DNA of 64,000 nt from Thermodesulfobacteriota bacterium. GTDB lineage: Bacteria; Desulfobacterota; BSN033; UBA1163. Below the pieces are notes generated by a model. It did no database searches, was not told where the DNA came from, and worked only from the letters and a program-made list of their open reading frames with translations. A program made the translations under genes and the position numbers. Below, one piece after another: positions 36,424-46,860 of this stretch. Within the stretch, counting starts at the first letter, position 1. Every line of letters starts with the position of its first letter. Location: positions 341 through 64,340 of the forward strand of contig JBAVGF010000028.1 of NCBI GenBank assembly GCA_049684675.1, given 5' to 3'.

Positions 36424-39400
36424 CTACCTTTTCAATCCGCCGTCCAGGTAAACCTTCCTTATCTCCTTCAGGTCCACGTAAGCAATGACCCCTTCGACGT
36501 TCTTACCAGGATAGATCTCTTTTAGGATCCGCATATAATTTCTGAGCTGGGAGATATATTCCTTTTCAGCTTCTCGACCGTTGCCTGTCTTATAATCGAT
36601 CACGATTACCCGATCTTCTTCGAATATGACCCGGTCCATCCTGAAGAGATTTCCCCGGAGGTCTGAAAAATCTTGTTCCTTTTTGACGGACCTGGACGGC
36701 ATGGCTTGAAAATAGGGGCTTGTCTCTTCCTGGTTCAGGAATTCAAAAAGATTTCTCTTCATGGTTTCCACGGGATAATCGGTCATCAATTCATCATTCA
36801 CCCGCTTGATGATCCGATCGAGTTCCGGCTCGATGTTTTCCAGGTCCTCGACAAAATAGAGAACCCTGTGAATAAACTCCCCTCTCAGCCTCTCCTCTAA
36901 GTTGATCTCCTCCACGGCTTCAAAAGGGAATCTGATCGGGTTGGGAGGATGATAGAGCTCCATTCTTTTTTGAGTCGTTACAGGAGAACGAGGTCGTGGA
37001 ACGCCCTTCCGTCCAGTTTGAGAATCCATCTCCTTCAGGAGATCTATGGGGAATTGATTTTTCGTCCCTTGGACTCCAACGATATAAAGCTCATCCTCCG
37101 CCCGCGTAAAGCCCACATAAAGGGTATTGAGCTTGTTCACCAGATCCTTGAGCCTTTCTTCTTCGTACTTTTCTTGAAGAAAGCCACTCGCCTTCATGAT
37201 CTGCTGGTTGATTTTGAGCAATTGGACCCCGTCTGTCTCCTCATCAAGAATATATTTGAAGCCCCTGGGGACCTCCTCATACAATAGAATAATCACTACC
37301 GGGAACCCCAACCCCTTCGCCTTGTGGAGGGTCATCACCTTCACGGCATTGATTCCTGCCGGGACATCAATGGTCCAATCCGGCTCCCCTGCCTCCTCGT
37401 CAGAGGCGTATCTGAGGAAATCGCCGGGATTGTTTCTGCCCTCCCCCTCAAAATTTTTTATCACCTCCAGGATCTTGATGAGCGTCGCCTCTTCTTCCCT
37501 GAAATGATCGAAAACCCTGTAAAGGCGGTAAATCTCGCTCACCAGGTCATAGAGGGGTAAATAGCCTGTCGACTTGAAAAGGGCTTCAAAATAGGTCTCC
37601 CAAAGGTCAGGGAATTCCTCCCGGAAGGGTTTATAAAGGGGGGCTTTCTTCCGGTTCCTGAACAGAAATTCATGCAAGGCATTCAAATCGAAACCCTTTT
37701 CATTATCCTCAAGAGCTTTTCTAAAGATGTCTCCCAGGATAAACCCTGCGAAGGAAAGATCATCTGGCGGAGAGTCGAGGAAGGTGAGCAAGGCCACGAT
37801 CTCAGCCGTGAGCTTCCTCGTCCTGATGTCAAGGCTGCTATAAGAGATGAAGGGAACGTCCTCCTCGTTCAGCCAGGTCGTGATGTTGACCACGTCTTCA
37901 TTCCGGTAGGCCAGGATGGCGATATCCGAGCAGGAATACCCTCTTCCTCTCAACTCCTCGATCAAATCCTGAATCCTCTTCTTCTCAGGAAGTTCACCCT
38001 CCTTCTTTTCGCATCGGATGACCTGTACGTACCCTGATCCTTTGTGGCCCTCCTTGACCCTCTGTTCATAATCGATGAGCCCGCTCCGGCTGGCAGGCTC
38101 CCGGTATTTGTCATAACGGGCGATCACCTTTTTGAAGAAGGTCTTGCTGAAATCGATCACTGCCTCGAGGCTGCGGTAATTGATTTCCAGCTCCTTCACG
38201 TTGTGGAGGGCGGAAGAAAAGGGGTTCCTTGATTCGAGTCCCTTCATGATCCCGTAATCGGCATTCCTGAAACCATAGATCGCCTGCTTGGTATCCCCCA
38301 CGGCAAAGAGACTTCCCCCCTGGGAAAGAGAGTTCTCGATAAGGGGAAAGAGGTTGGCCCATTGAATAGGAGAGGTATCCTGGAATTCGTCGATGAGATA
38401 GTGATAGATCGTCTCTCCTATCCTGAAGTAGACATCCGGTATGATGTCATGGTCGAGATAGTCAGAAAGCGTCTTATTGACGTCATGAATAAAAATGGTC
38501 CCTTCCCTTTTCTTCACTTCCTCAAGGATGTCTTTGAAGGCTCCGTAAGTCCTCAGATACGGGCTGTAATAAGTCGTGGCATGGAGCTCGATATACTTCT
38601 TTATTTGATTGCCGAGGAGGTCCCACTGCTTGGATATTTTTTCATACCGGGTCATCTCTGCTTCTTTTTTCGGTTTGATGACAGGGACAGTTAAGAGACC
38701 TTTGCCGATGAGATCGGGGAAGGCATTGTTTCTAATCATCTCAAGAATTTTGTAAAAAGAGCTTCCTTTGCTTTTTGTGATACCCGATTTTTCGATGAAG
38801 GCGTTCAGGCCCTCCGCGGTCTCCCGAATCTCTTCCTTGACGGATTCGATTCTCCTCTCCGGATCGACGACCTTTGCCTCTTTGACGATACCGGAGAGCT
38901 GATGGTAGAGTTCCACGGTCTCTTCAAGAAAATCCTTCGAAGGGTCCCAGGGATAAGCGGACTCCCCTCCCCGGTTCTGAAGGATGATTTCCAGGAGTTT
39001 TTCGAGGAATCCGGCCTCTGGAGTTTTTTCCCGGACCCCTCGCAGAAATCGATTGAAGGCATAAGCCATCATGCTATCCGGAGCCATGACCATGTCGAAG
39101 TCAGGGCTGTAACCGAGGTTGACCGCCGAGGCCTTGTAGATGGAGGTCATGAAGCTGTCAATGGTCTTCACCTGGAATTCGGTGTAGTTTCTTAGAATTC
39201 CGTCGATCGTCGCCCCGGCCTTTTCCGCGAGGTGTTCTTTTTTCAGGGAGACGATCCCGGAGAGCTCTTCGATCTTTTCCGGGTCCCTGAAATAAAGGTC
39301 CTTGAGCCATGAGAGGATCCGTTCTTTCATCTCCTTTGCCGCGTTATTGGAAAAGGTAATGGCGAGAATATTCCTGAGATGGTTCTGAGGAATTTTGTCC

Positions 39401-39525
39401 GACAGGAGGAACTGGACGAATCTCTCCGCGAGGGAGTAGGTCTTTCCGGAGCCAGCAGAGGCCTTCAAAATGGTAACGTGCGGGAATGGGATGGATAAAT
39501 CTTTTTCCAGGACGACATGGGCCAT
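36424..39525 (-). CDS. addA: AddA-like UvrD/Rep-family helicase with C-terminal RecB-type nuclease
   Basis: ASAGSGKTYSL Walker A, LIDEFQDTSP motif II, and the C-terminal VIDYKTG nuclease motif. 1033 aa. Confidence 0.82.
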   Translation of the reverse strand: MAHVVLEKDLSIPFPHVTILKASAGSGKTYSLAERFVQFLLSDKIPQNHLRNILAITFSNNAAKEMKERILSWLKDLYFRDPEKIEELSGIVSLKKEHLAEKAGATIDGILRNYTEFQVKTIDSFMTSIYKASAVNLGYSPDFDMVMAPDSMMAYAFNRFLRGVREKTPEAGFLEKLLEIILQNRGGESAYPWDPSKDFLEETVELYHQLSGIVKEAKVVDPERRIESVKEEIRETAEGLNAFIEKSGITKSKGSSFYKILEMIRNNAFPDLIGKGLLTVPVIKPKKEAEMTRYEKISKQWDLLGNQIKKYIELHATTYYSPYLRTYGAFKDILEEVKKREGTIFIHDVNKTLSDYLDHDIIPDVYFRIGETIYHYLIDEFQDTSPIQWANLFPLIENSLSQGGSLFAVGDTKQAIYGFRNADYGIMKGLESRNPFSSALHNVKELEINYRSLEAVIDFSKTFFKKVIARYDKYREPASRSGLIDYEQRVKEGHKGSGYVQVIRCEKKEGELPEKKRIQDLIEELRGRGYSCSDIAILAYRNEDVVNITTWLNEEDVPFISYSSLDIRTRKLTAEIVALLTFLDSPPDDLSFAGFILGDIFRKALEDNEKGFDLNALHEFLFRNRKKAPLYKPFREEFPDLWETYFEALFKSTGYLPLYDLVSEIYRLYRVFDHFREEEATLIKILEVIKNFEGEGRNNPGDFLRYASDEEAGEPDWTIDVPAGINAVKVMTLHKAKGLGFPVVIILLYEEVPRGFKYILDEETDGVQLLKINQQIMKASGFLQEKYEEERLKDLVNKLNTLYVGFTRAEDELYIVGVQGTKNQFPIDLLKEMDSQTGRKGVPRPRSPVTTQKRMELYHPPNPIRFPFEAVEEINLEERLRGEFIHRVLYFVEDLENIEPELDRIIKRVNDELMTDYPVETMKRNLFEFLNQEETSPYFQAMPSRSVKKEQDFSDLRGNLFRMDRVIFEEDRVIVIDYKTGNGREAEKEYISQLRNYMRILKEIYPGKNVEGVIAYVDLKEIRKVYLDGGLKR

Positions 39526-39771
39526 GGCTATAACTTAGAAGAGCGTTCGGTTCCTAACCTCGTCATTCTTCGGAGCGGACGAAGACGGAGTCCAAGAAGT
39601 TTTGATCATACAAAATTTACACCCTATCAGACAGCCTGTCAATTCAATCATGGAACGGAACGGAAAAACAGGCTTGAAAAAGACATACCCCAAAAACTCC
39701 CCTGCCCTTGAGATCTTCCATTTGAAACCTGATTGATCAGTGGGTTAAGATGAAGTGAGACGGTCGGAGGA

Positions 39772-40188
39772 ATGATCATGAAGCCTATTCTTTTGGAAAT
39801 CGTCACTAAGGTGCTCACCTCCTGGGGTCAGTGTCGCCGTTGCAAAATCCTCTTCGATCAGGCAGGCCTTGACCAGAAATTCCGTCAAGGGGAGATGGAC
39901 GAGTATCCTCCGGATTTAAAGGAGGAGTATACGAGGCTCTCAGACTGGATTCGAGAATTAAACCGGCTCTATAAACACCGCCTCCTGATTAAGCTGATTG
40001 ACGTCCAATCGCCCTTCGGAATCTATAAATCCCTGCGGTACCGGATCCGGACTTACCCCACTTTCATTGTGGAAGGGAAAGAGACCTATGCGGGGTGGGA
40101 TAAAGGCCAACTCGAGAGTCTTCTGGATAAATATATCAAGAACTCCCTCCTGTCAAAGTGCCGGAGCCTCCGGCCTTCCCTTTCGTAA
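39772..40188 (+). CDS. Hypothetical protein, possibly thioredoxin-like fold (CRRC motif)
   Basis: 138-aa ORF with GGAGG upstream. CxxC (CRRC) near the N-terminus and YPTFIVEGKETY near the C-terminus, reminiscent of glutaredoxin/thioredoxin-like small proteins. Confidence 0.45.
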   Translation: MIMKPILLEIVTKVLTSWGQCRRCKILFDQAGLDQKFRQGEMDEYPPDLKEEYTRLSDWIRELNRLYKHRLLIKLIDVQSPFGIYKSLRYRIRTYPTFIVEGKETYAGWDKGQLESLLDKYIKNSLLSKCRSLRPSLS

Positions 40189-40606
40189 GGGGTAATTTAG
40201 AATGACGGGTGGAACTTCATTGACCGGAGGCCACTCCGCATTTCCCCTGGGCAGTGCTTGTCCGTTGCCGGGCGGGAATGCGGACGCACCATTTTTGTAA
40301 CCGACACGGATCACAGTCACGTGTCACGATTTCTCTAAAAAAATGGGAAGAGGCGGGCGATTCGGCAAATATGGCGAGGTCAAAAGGTTCGAACGATTGC
40401 GTCAAAAAGGGCGCACTGTACTTCCTCTAAAACCTCTTAAAAAAACTCCTCCCCCAAAAAAATCTTCCAAGACCCAAAGAAAACCATTCAATGAAAGATA
40501 CTACTTGTAACGCCAACGGCGCTATTTCAATGAGGTGCCGTATTGGCTGCTTTGCAAACACGGACAACGGCCACATGGAACGGTTTTCCAAAGAGTGTGT
40601 TCAAGT

Positions 40607-41140
40607 CTATAAGATCTTGAGCATCTCTTCCGCGAAATCCCTTAGGTCGCTGTCACTGGCGGTCATGGCTAAAATGTCCACCTTGGCCTTGAAACCCTGC
40701 TTCTCAATCGGACTTCTGGTTTCATAGAGATCCTTCATCGCTGCGAGGGCCTGCAAAACCTTCTCTGGATCTGAATAATCCAACAAAAGCGAGAGAGTGC
40801 TCCAATCATCCGGTAGACCGTATTGGTCTAAATAGGCTTTCACCGCCGTTTCGAACTGATCTGTGCCCTGATAACGATCGATGTCGTCGTGGACCTTTTG
40901 ATGTTTCTTGGTTCCCTTCTTCCCCATGAAAAGTTTATCAGCCTCCTTCCGATACTTTTTCATCACCCATTCGGAACGACGAGATCTCACTCGATCCCCG
41001 GGAGTCTCTTTGGGAGCGTATGGACTGCGATCTCTTCTTCGATCAATCTCTCTCCAGGAGATCTTTTCTCTTTCATCTTCGTCGTGATGCCGAACCATCT
41101 TCCTCTCTATCTTTCCGGGCTGGCCATTCGTCTGTATCAC
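40607..41140 (-). CDS. Hypothetical protein, highly charged N-terminus
   Basis: 177-aa ORF immediately downstream of the rodZ-like gene on the same strand. SWREIDRRRDRS motif. No family recognised. Confidence 0.5.
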   Translation of the reverse strand: MIQTNGQPGKIERKMVRHHDEDEREKISWREIDRRRDRSPYAPKETPGDRVRSRRSEWVMKKYRKEADKLFMGKKGTKKHQKVHDDIDRYQGTDQFETAVKAYLDQYGLPDDWSTLSLLLDYSDPEKVLQALAAMKDLYETRSPIEKQGFKAKVDILAMTASDSDLRDFAEEMLKIL

Positions 41141-41242
41141 CCTCTCAAAAAAAGTTAAGAATTAAATTTCAAACATCAAAACTCGCACGAGGCGATGAAC
41201 CGAGGGCGAATCAAGCTCAAATCCGTAACAAATGCCGAAGCG

Positions 41243-42112
41243 CTATGGGGATTTCGTTTTTTCTGAGGCTTTCACCTCAACCCCTTGGGAGGTGATGACG
41301 AGAGCGACAACCTCCCCCGACTTTCCAAACTTCCCCAACGGCCTTCCATTCAAAATCAGGTCGAGGCCGCCTGCATTCCCGAGTTTCATGCGAATCCGAT
41401 TCGATGCCTGAACGGAACCGCCCTCTCCTGGCTTGAAGGTCATCTCCCTTTCCGGTTGATCATCTACCTGAAGGCTCACCCACGTCTCTTCGGCTGCTTT
41501 AAGCTGGAGGGAGAGAGCCTTTTTTTCCTGAACAGAAGTGGTTGCGGTAACGGGAGAAGAAGGAGTGAGAGGCTTCCTCGCTTCGACAACGGGTTTTTCC
41601 TCTGGAGTACGGGTTGTCGCCGCGGCAGGAGGGGAAGGGACAATGGAAGGTTTTCCTTCGACAGATCTTTCAGGGAGGGGCTCGATCGGCAGTTTAGAAG
41701 AGTAAGGGGAGAAGAAATAGAAGATGATAAAGCTTGCCACGATGACCCCCACCACCACCCACATCTGCTTTGTATTCCACAAAACCTTCTGCTTGGGTTT
41801 CGAAGGTTGAGTGGGTGGAATCTTCCGTTTGGGTTTTAGGGGTTGAGGGGGAGGGGGGGCGGCAGGTTCCCCTTTTAAAGCTCTTTCGTAACGGAGAAGG
41901 ATATCATTGGGATCGAGCCTGAGGTACTTGGCGTAGGCCAAAAGAAACCCTCTCACATAGGTAGCAGCAGGGAGAAGGTCGAGTTGATCCTCTTCGATAG
42001 CCCTGAGGATGTGTTCTCTCACTCTCGTATTTTTTGACACGTCCCTCAAGGAAATCTTTTTGGATTCCCGCTGATTCTTAAGATACTTTCCTAAAGTTTC
42101 CCTCTCGTCCAC
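41243..42112 (-). CDS. rodZ: RodZ-like cytoskeleton protein (HTH + TM + DUF4115)
   Basis: N-terminal XRE-type HTH (LGKYLKNQRESKKISLRDVSKNTRVREHILRAIEED), a Pro-rich linker, a single TM segment, and a C-terminal DUF4115-like beta domain. Confidence 0.75.
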   Translation of the reverse strand: MDERETLGKYLKNQRESKKISLRDVSKNTRVREHILRAIEEDQLDLLPAATYVRGFLLAYAKYLRLDPNDILLRYERALKGEPAAPPPPQPLKPKRKIPPTQPSKPKQKVLWNTKQMWVVVGVIVASFIIFYFFSPYSSKLPIEPLPERSVEGKPSIVPSPPAAATTRTPEEKPVVEARKPLTPSSPVTATTSVQEKKALSLQLKAAEETWVSLQVDDQPEREMTFKPGEGGSVQASNRIRMKLGNAGGLDLILNGRPLGKFGKSGEVVALVITSQGVEVKASEKTKSP

Positions 42113-42124
42113 GGATAATCCCCC

Positions 42125-43036
42125 TCAGGGCGAATGGTCTAAGGCCAATGGATAACCCAGCCGATTCAGGGCACGGGGGTCTTGGGTCCAATTTTTCTCC
42201 ACATTCACCCACAACTCTAAGAAGACCCTTATCCCCAGGAGGGTTTCCACTTCTTTTCGGGCAGCCTCTCCGATCTTTTTCAATTTCTGTCCGCCTCTTC
42301 CTATAAGAATCTTTTTTTGAGAACTTCTCTCGACGTGAATGGTCCCTTTAATGACCACCAGTTTTTTTTCAGGATGCTCTTCAAAGGCTTCGATCGTGAC
42401 AGCCGTTGAATAAGGAATCTCTTGATAGCACTGGCGGATCACCTTCTCTCGAATGATCTCGGAGACCCAGAAGCGTTCGGTCTGATCAGTGACTATGTCC
42501 TCCGAATAATAGGGCGGCGATTCCGGAAGGACTCTCAAGATTTCATCTAATAAAACCTCTATCCCTTCTCCGGTAACGGCCGAGACGGGAAGGATCCCTT
42601 TGAAGGGATGAAGCCTTTGATATTGATCCATGATGGGGAGGAGGCTTTTTCTTTTCACCAAATCAATTTTATTGATGACCAGAAAGGGAACACCGCTGCC
42701 TTCCCTGAGGGGTTCCATCACCTCCGCGTCTTTTTCGGCGTACGCGGCTGAGGCCTCGATGAGAAAGAGAAGGACATCTGCATCCCGAGCCGAAGCAATC
42801 GCTGTTCGGACCATCCGCCGGTTCAGTTCAGATCCTCCAGGGTGAATCCCCGGGGTATCGAGGAAGATAAGCTGACCTCCCTCTACGTTCTTAATGCCAA
42901 GAATTCGGTGCCGGGTGGTTTGGGGCCTTTTCGCAACGATGGCCACTTTATCACCGAGAAGACGATTGAAGAGGGTCGATTTCCCAACGTTCGGCCTTCC
43001 CAGGATGGAGATAAAACCAGATTTGAAGGGCGCCAT
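42125..43036 (-). CDS. era: GTPase Era
   Basis: GRPNVGKST (G1), DTPG (G3), NKID (G4) and a C-terminal KH domain. Confidence 0.92.
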   Translation of the reverse strand: MAPFKSGFISILGRPNVGKSTLFNRLLGDKVAIVAKRPQTTRHRILGIKNVEGGQLIFLDTPGIHPGGSELNRRMVRTAIASARDADVLLFLIEASAAYAEKDAEVMEPLREGSGVPFLVINKIDLVKRKSLLPIMDQYQRLHPFKGILPVSAVTGEGIEVLLDEILRVLPESPPYYSEDIVTDQTERFWVSEIIREKVIRQCYQEIPYSTAVTIEAFEEHPEKKLVVIKGTIHVERSSQKKILIGRGGQKLKKIGEAARKEVETLLGIRVFLELWVNVEKNWTQDPRALNRLGYPLALDHSP

Positions 43037-43105
43037 TCTCCTCTGCAGACTTGCAGAGCTATGAGTTGGGAGTCTTTAGTTCGGAGCATTTCTTCATCTC
43101 CGGAC

Positions 43106-43159
43106 TCCCTGCCTGCCGGCAGGCCCTGAACCTAACATGGTACAAGGCAGGCAGGCGAA
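43106..43159. repeat. CCTGCC..GGCAGG palindrome, copy b
   Basis: Perfect 12-nt palindrome CCTGCCGGCAGG (43112-43123), plus a distal GGCAGGCAGGCGA that pairs with TCCCTGCCTGCC. It lies between era and lon. Confidence 0.55.
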
Positions 43160-43183
43160 CTCATCACTCCGAACTATTTGCCC

Positions 43184-45517
43184 CTATGAGGGCAGAGTCA
43201 AATCCAATACCTCCTGGATGTGCTCGACTAAGACGAAGTGCATCTCCTGCTTGATATAGTCCGGGATATCATCGAGATTCTTCTCATTCTTTTTAGGCAG
43301 GATCACGGTCTTCACCCCAGCCCGGCGGGCAGCCAGGATCTTCTCTTTAATTCCTCCCACCGGAAGCACTCTTCCGCTCAAGGTGAGTTCACCCGTCATC
43401 GCAATCTCACGGGGAATGGGCTTTTCTCTTAAAAGAGAGAGAACGGCCGTAGCAATGGTGATCCCGGCAGAAGGTCCGTCTTTGGGAGTCGCCCCAGCCG
43501 GGATGTGGATGTGAAGGTCGCACTCCTGATAAAAATTCTCGGGGATACGGAGGGAGGAAGCATTCGTTCGAATATAAGAGAGGGCTGCCTGAGCAGATTC
43601 CTTCATCACCTCTCCCAGGGATCCCGTCAAGATAAGTCCCTTATTCCCTTTCATTTTAGAAGTCTCAATGAAGATGATGTCGCCTCCATTTTCTGTCCAG
43701 GCCAGTCCTGTGGCCACACCGATCCGGTCTTTTTCCTGAGCGACTTCGCGGAAGAATTCCCGCGGCCCCAGGAGTTTCTCAACGGCCGCCTCGTCGATGC
43801 GGTCTTGCGGGGTATTTCCCATGGCCATTTCCTTGGCCACTTTTCGACAGAGGGTAGCAATCTCTCTTTCTAAATTTCGAACACCTGCTTCCCGGGTATA
43901 CTCTCGAATGGTCTTATACACCGCCTCCGGCGTGAAAGAGAGAGGAGTGTCTTTTAACCCGTTCTCCTCTTTTTGGTGAGGGATCAGAAATTGAAACGCG
44001 ATCTTCTCCTTCTCCTCCTCGGTATATCCAGCCAGATGGATCACCTCCATCCGATCCAATAGCGCAGGAGGAATCGGTGACAGGGTATTGGCCGTCGTGA
44101 TAAACAGGACGTGGGAGAGGTCGTAAGGGACATCTAAGTAATGATCGGTAAATGAAAAATTCTGCTCCGGGTCAAGGGTTTCAAGAAGGGCTGCCGCTGG
44201 GTCTCCCCGAACATCTTGACCGATCTTATCCACCTCGTCGAGCATAAAAACGGGATTGGAGGTCTCCGCCCTCCGGATCTCCTGAACGATCCGGCCCGGA
44301 AGAGCTCCCACATAAGTTCGACGGTGTCCCCGGACCTCCGCTTCATCCCTCACCCCTCCCAGGGAGATACGGATAAACTTCCTCTCCAGGGCACGGGCGA
44401 TGGAGCGTCCCAGAGATGTCTTGCCCACACCAGGGGGACCGACAAAACAGAGAATGGGGCCCTTCATGGGGTCCTTCAATTTTTTAACGGCTAAGAACTC
44501 TAAGATCCGCTCCTTCACCTTTTCAAGGTCGTAATGGTCTTCGTTAAGGATGACGCGAGCCCGGCTGAGGTCAAGGTTGTCCGCTGTCTTCTTGTTCCAT
44601 GGCATCGTGATGAGGTAGTCGAGATAGGTTCTGGAAACGGTATATTCTGCGGAAATGGGGTTCATCCGTTCCAGCCGGTTGATCTCCTTATAAGCGATCT
44701 CTTCGACCTTTTGCGGCATCCCTGCGTTTCGAACCTTCTCCCTGAGTTCGTGGATCTCAGCCAGATAAGGGTCCTCCTCGGGCGCCTCCCTCTGTCCTCT
44801 TTGGGGAGAACGAAGGGAATGATCCTTCTGAAATTTCCCCCCCTCTTTTCCAGGGCTGAGGAGGGGATGGGGCCTGGTCGGCGAGGATTGGATCTCTCGA
44901 TTGAAGTAATGAAAGACTTTTTTCAATCGTTCCAGGGGATCGATGGTCTCAAAAATTTCTTGCTGTTCCTTCAATCCCAGATGAAGGGTAATGGCGATCA
45001 GGTCAGCGAGTCTCCCGGGCTGGTCAATTTTGTCGAGGGTCTTCAATATCTCCTCGGGAAGGGGTTTCCCCATAGAGAGTGAAATCTTAAAAAGGGTCCC
45101 GATGCTCTGAACAAGGGTTTCAGAAAGGACAGTCCTTTCTTGCTCCTCGTTGATCTCACTGACATCTGCCTTGAAGTAAGGGGGCTCACGGGTAATGTCC
45201 AGGAGAAAGACTCTGGAAAGCCCCTCCACAAGAATCTTCATCCCTCGGTTTGGCAACTTGACCAATTGAAGAATCTTACAGACCGTTCCGACGGAAAGGA
45301 GATCTTTGGGCTGGGGATCTTTGAGAGAAGGGTCCCGAAGACCGACACATCCGATAAGACTGTTTTCCAACAATACCTTATTCAATATGGCCAAGGCTTC
45401 ATCAGACTGGAAAAAAAGGGGGGCGACGACGTAAGGGAAGATGATCGTCTCTTTCAGGGGGATGAAGAGAAGTCTTTGCGGGATGGAAATACTCTCTGAC
45501 TTATAAAGATATCTCAC
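43184..45517 (-). CDS. lon: ATP-dependent Lon protease
   Basis: LON N-domain, [15 protein letters not shown] Walker A, and protease active-site motif PKDGPSAG. 777 aa. Confidence 0.95.
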   Translation of the reverse strand: MRYLYKSESISIPQRLLFIPLKETIIFPYVVAPLFFQSDEALAILNKVLLENSLIGCVGLRDPSLKDPQPKDLLSVGTVCKILQLVKLPNRGMKILVEGLSRVFLLDITREPPYFKADVSEINEEQERTVLSETLVQSIGTLFKISLSMGKPLPEEILKTLDKIDQPGRLADLIAITLHLGLKEQQEIFETIDPLERLKKVFHYFNREIQSSPTRPHPLLSPGKEGGKFQKDHSLRSPQRGQREAPEEDPYLAEIHELREKVRNAGMPQKVEEIAYKEINRLERMNPISAEYTVSRTYLDYLITMPWNKKTADNLDLSRARVILNEDHYDLEKVKERILEFLAVKKLKDPMKGPILCFVGPPGVGKTSLGRSIARALERKFIRISLGGVRDEAEVRGHRRTYVGALPGRIVQEIRRAETSNPVFMLDEVDKIGQDVRGDPAAALLETLDPEQNFSFTDHYLDVPYDLSHVLFITTANTLSPIPPALLDRMEVIHLAGYTEEEKEKIAFQFLIPHQKEENGLKDTPLSFTPEAVYKTIREYTREAGVRNLEREIATLCRKVAKEMAMGNTPQDRIDEAAVEKLLGPREFFREVAQEKDRIGVATGLAWTENGGDIIFIETSKMKGNKGLILTGSLGEVMKESAQAALSYIRTNASSLRIPENFYQECDLHIHIPAGATPKDGPSAGITIATAVLSLLREKPIPREIAMTGELTLSGRVLPVGGIKEKILAARRAGVKTVILPKKNEKNLDDIPDYIKQEMHFVLVEHIQEVLDLTLPS

Positions 45518-45577
45518 AAGAAACTCCGGCTCCGAATTGAAAAAACAGAAATCATTATACGAAAATTACGGAATTTG

Positions 45578-46162
45578 TCAACGAAGTTCAAAGAGCTCTT
45601 TCAGGCAAGACCAGGCCTCCGGTGTGGACCAGTCCCTTTGTCCCACAATCTTCCCAACCAACATCCCTTGTTGATCGACGAGAAATGTCAGAGGAACCCA
45701 ACCCCTTACCCCGTATTGATCCATGACCTTCTCCTTTAAGAGCAAGAGGACAGGGAGGGTAATCTTATTCTGGCTGACGATCTTTTGAACGGCTCCCTTC
45801 CTTTCTCCGTCTATGGTAATCAAAAGAGTGGCCAATTGATCCCTCTTTCCGACGGAGAATTTTTCTAGTACGGGGAGCTCCTCTTTACAGGAATCACACC
45901 AGGTAGCCCAAAAGGTGATGAGAACCGGTTTTCCTTTGAAGTCGCTGAGGCTGATTTGTTCCCCATTCAAACTCTTGAGAGAAAAAGCAGGGGCCTGCTT
46001 CCTTTCCTGAAATCTCTGGATGCCGAAAGAATTACAAGAAGGATAATCCGGTTGGGATAGGGAAGCAGCCATTCCAACTTGGAGGAAAGGAATGAGCAAG
46101 ATGGCGGTTCCCATCCCGACCAACAATAAAAGAGCGATTTTTCTTTTCATTCCCACCTCCAA
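45578..46162 (-). CDS. TlpA/ResA-like periplasmic thiol:disulfide oxidoreductase
   Basis: FWATWCDSCKEE (WCxxC) preceded by a signal/anchor sequence. The start may be MKRKIALLLL at 46150. Confidence 0.8.
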   Translation of the reverse strand: MEVGMKRKIALLLLVGMGTAILLIPFLQVGMAASLSQPDYPSCNSFGIQRFQERKQAPAFSLKSLNGEQISLSDFKGKPVLITFWATWCDSCKEELPVLEKFSVGKRDQLATLLITIDGERKGAVQKIVSQNKITLPVLLLLKEKVMDQYGVRGWVPLTFLVDQQGMLVGKIVGQRDWSTPEAWSCLKELFELR

Positions 46163-46353
46163 ATGGAAGGCCTAACAGAAGACTAAGATATATTTTAAAC
46201 CCCGTCAACCCTTCGGTTTCTCCGTGCAACACGCCTGACCCCGCCTATGGCATAGGCCGATGATCAAGCTTACCCCCGGCACTTGGACCAAGGCTCAGGG
46301 CCGACGCTGAGTGAGTTTTTTACCCTATTTTAGAAAATATATGATGGGAGAAT

Positions 46354-46605
46354 CGAAGGGGTAATATCTCACTGCCCCGTGCAAAATTGACGAAATCCGG
46401 CAAGGATGCCGGGGAAAATATTATGGCGGCAACCTTAGCTTGTAGGCCAGCTAAAAGAATTCCAGAGCAGTAACGAGACCCCATTATGCTCCTGAACGTT
46501 ACCCCATTAAACGTCCGCCTTATAAGATTTTCGGAGGCATTCTTGCCGCATGGTCGGATTTCACCCACGCTCCAATGAGGTATTACCCGAAGGGGCAATA
46601 TCTCC
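46354..46605 (+). repeat. Long imperfect-hairpin element, copy 4 (extended, divergent)
   Basis: Inner stem AAATCCGGCAAGGATGCCGGGGAAAATATTATGGCGG (46393-) pairs with CCGCCTTATAAGATTTTCGGAGGCATTCTTGCCGCATGGTCGGATTT (-46561). GGCGGCAACC at 46425-46434. Outer stem GGGGTAATATCTCA / TGAGGTATTACCC. Flanked by the 17-nt direct repeat CGAAGGGG(T/C)AATATCTC. Confidence 0.6.
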
Positions 46606-46713
46606 TTGAAAAGAGCCATTAGAAATGATAAGGTGACTTATCAAATCTTGGATGTGATTTGTTTAACTTCAAACCCTTATCAAAGATATTTGAAACTCCC
46701 TTAACCTATTTCC

Positions 46714-46738
46714 TCCTCTCTGCCGGCAGGCAGGGGGG
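46714..46738. repeat. CCTGCC..GGCAGG palindrome, copy c
   Basis: CCTCTCTGCCGGCAGGCAGGGGGG contains the CTGCCGGCAG palindrome (46720-46729). It lies upstream of ssb. Confidence 0.45.
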
Positions 46739-46860
46739 AGATTTTTGAGGGGCTCTTTATGATGTTAGGAGAAAATCTTCAGATTCATACACGTAAGAGT
46801 TTAAGAAATCTCGAGGAACGATTGTTTTCGGCCTTTTTCGGGCACGAATAGGAGGGTTTT

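Noticed and set aside
40217-40405. ORF 40217-40405(-) and hairpins (CCGCATTTCCC...GGGAATGCGG, CGACACG...CGTGTCACG) in the 420-nt spacer after ORF 39772-40188
   Set aside because: The ORF is Cys/Arg-rich with no start signals. The hairpins do not match the four-copy element (no GGCGGCAACC or GAGAC motifs) or any RNA I can name, so there is too little to report as a feature.
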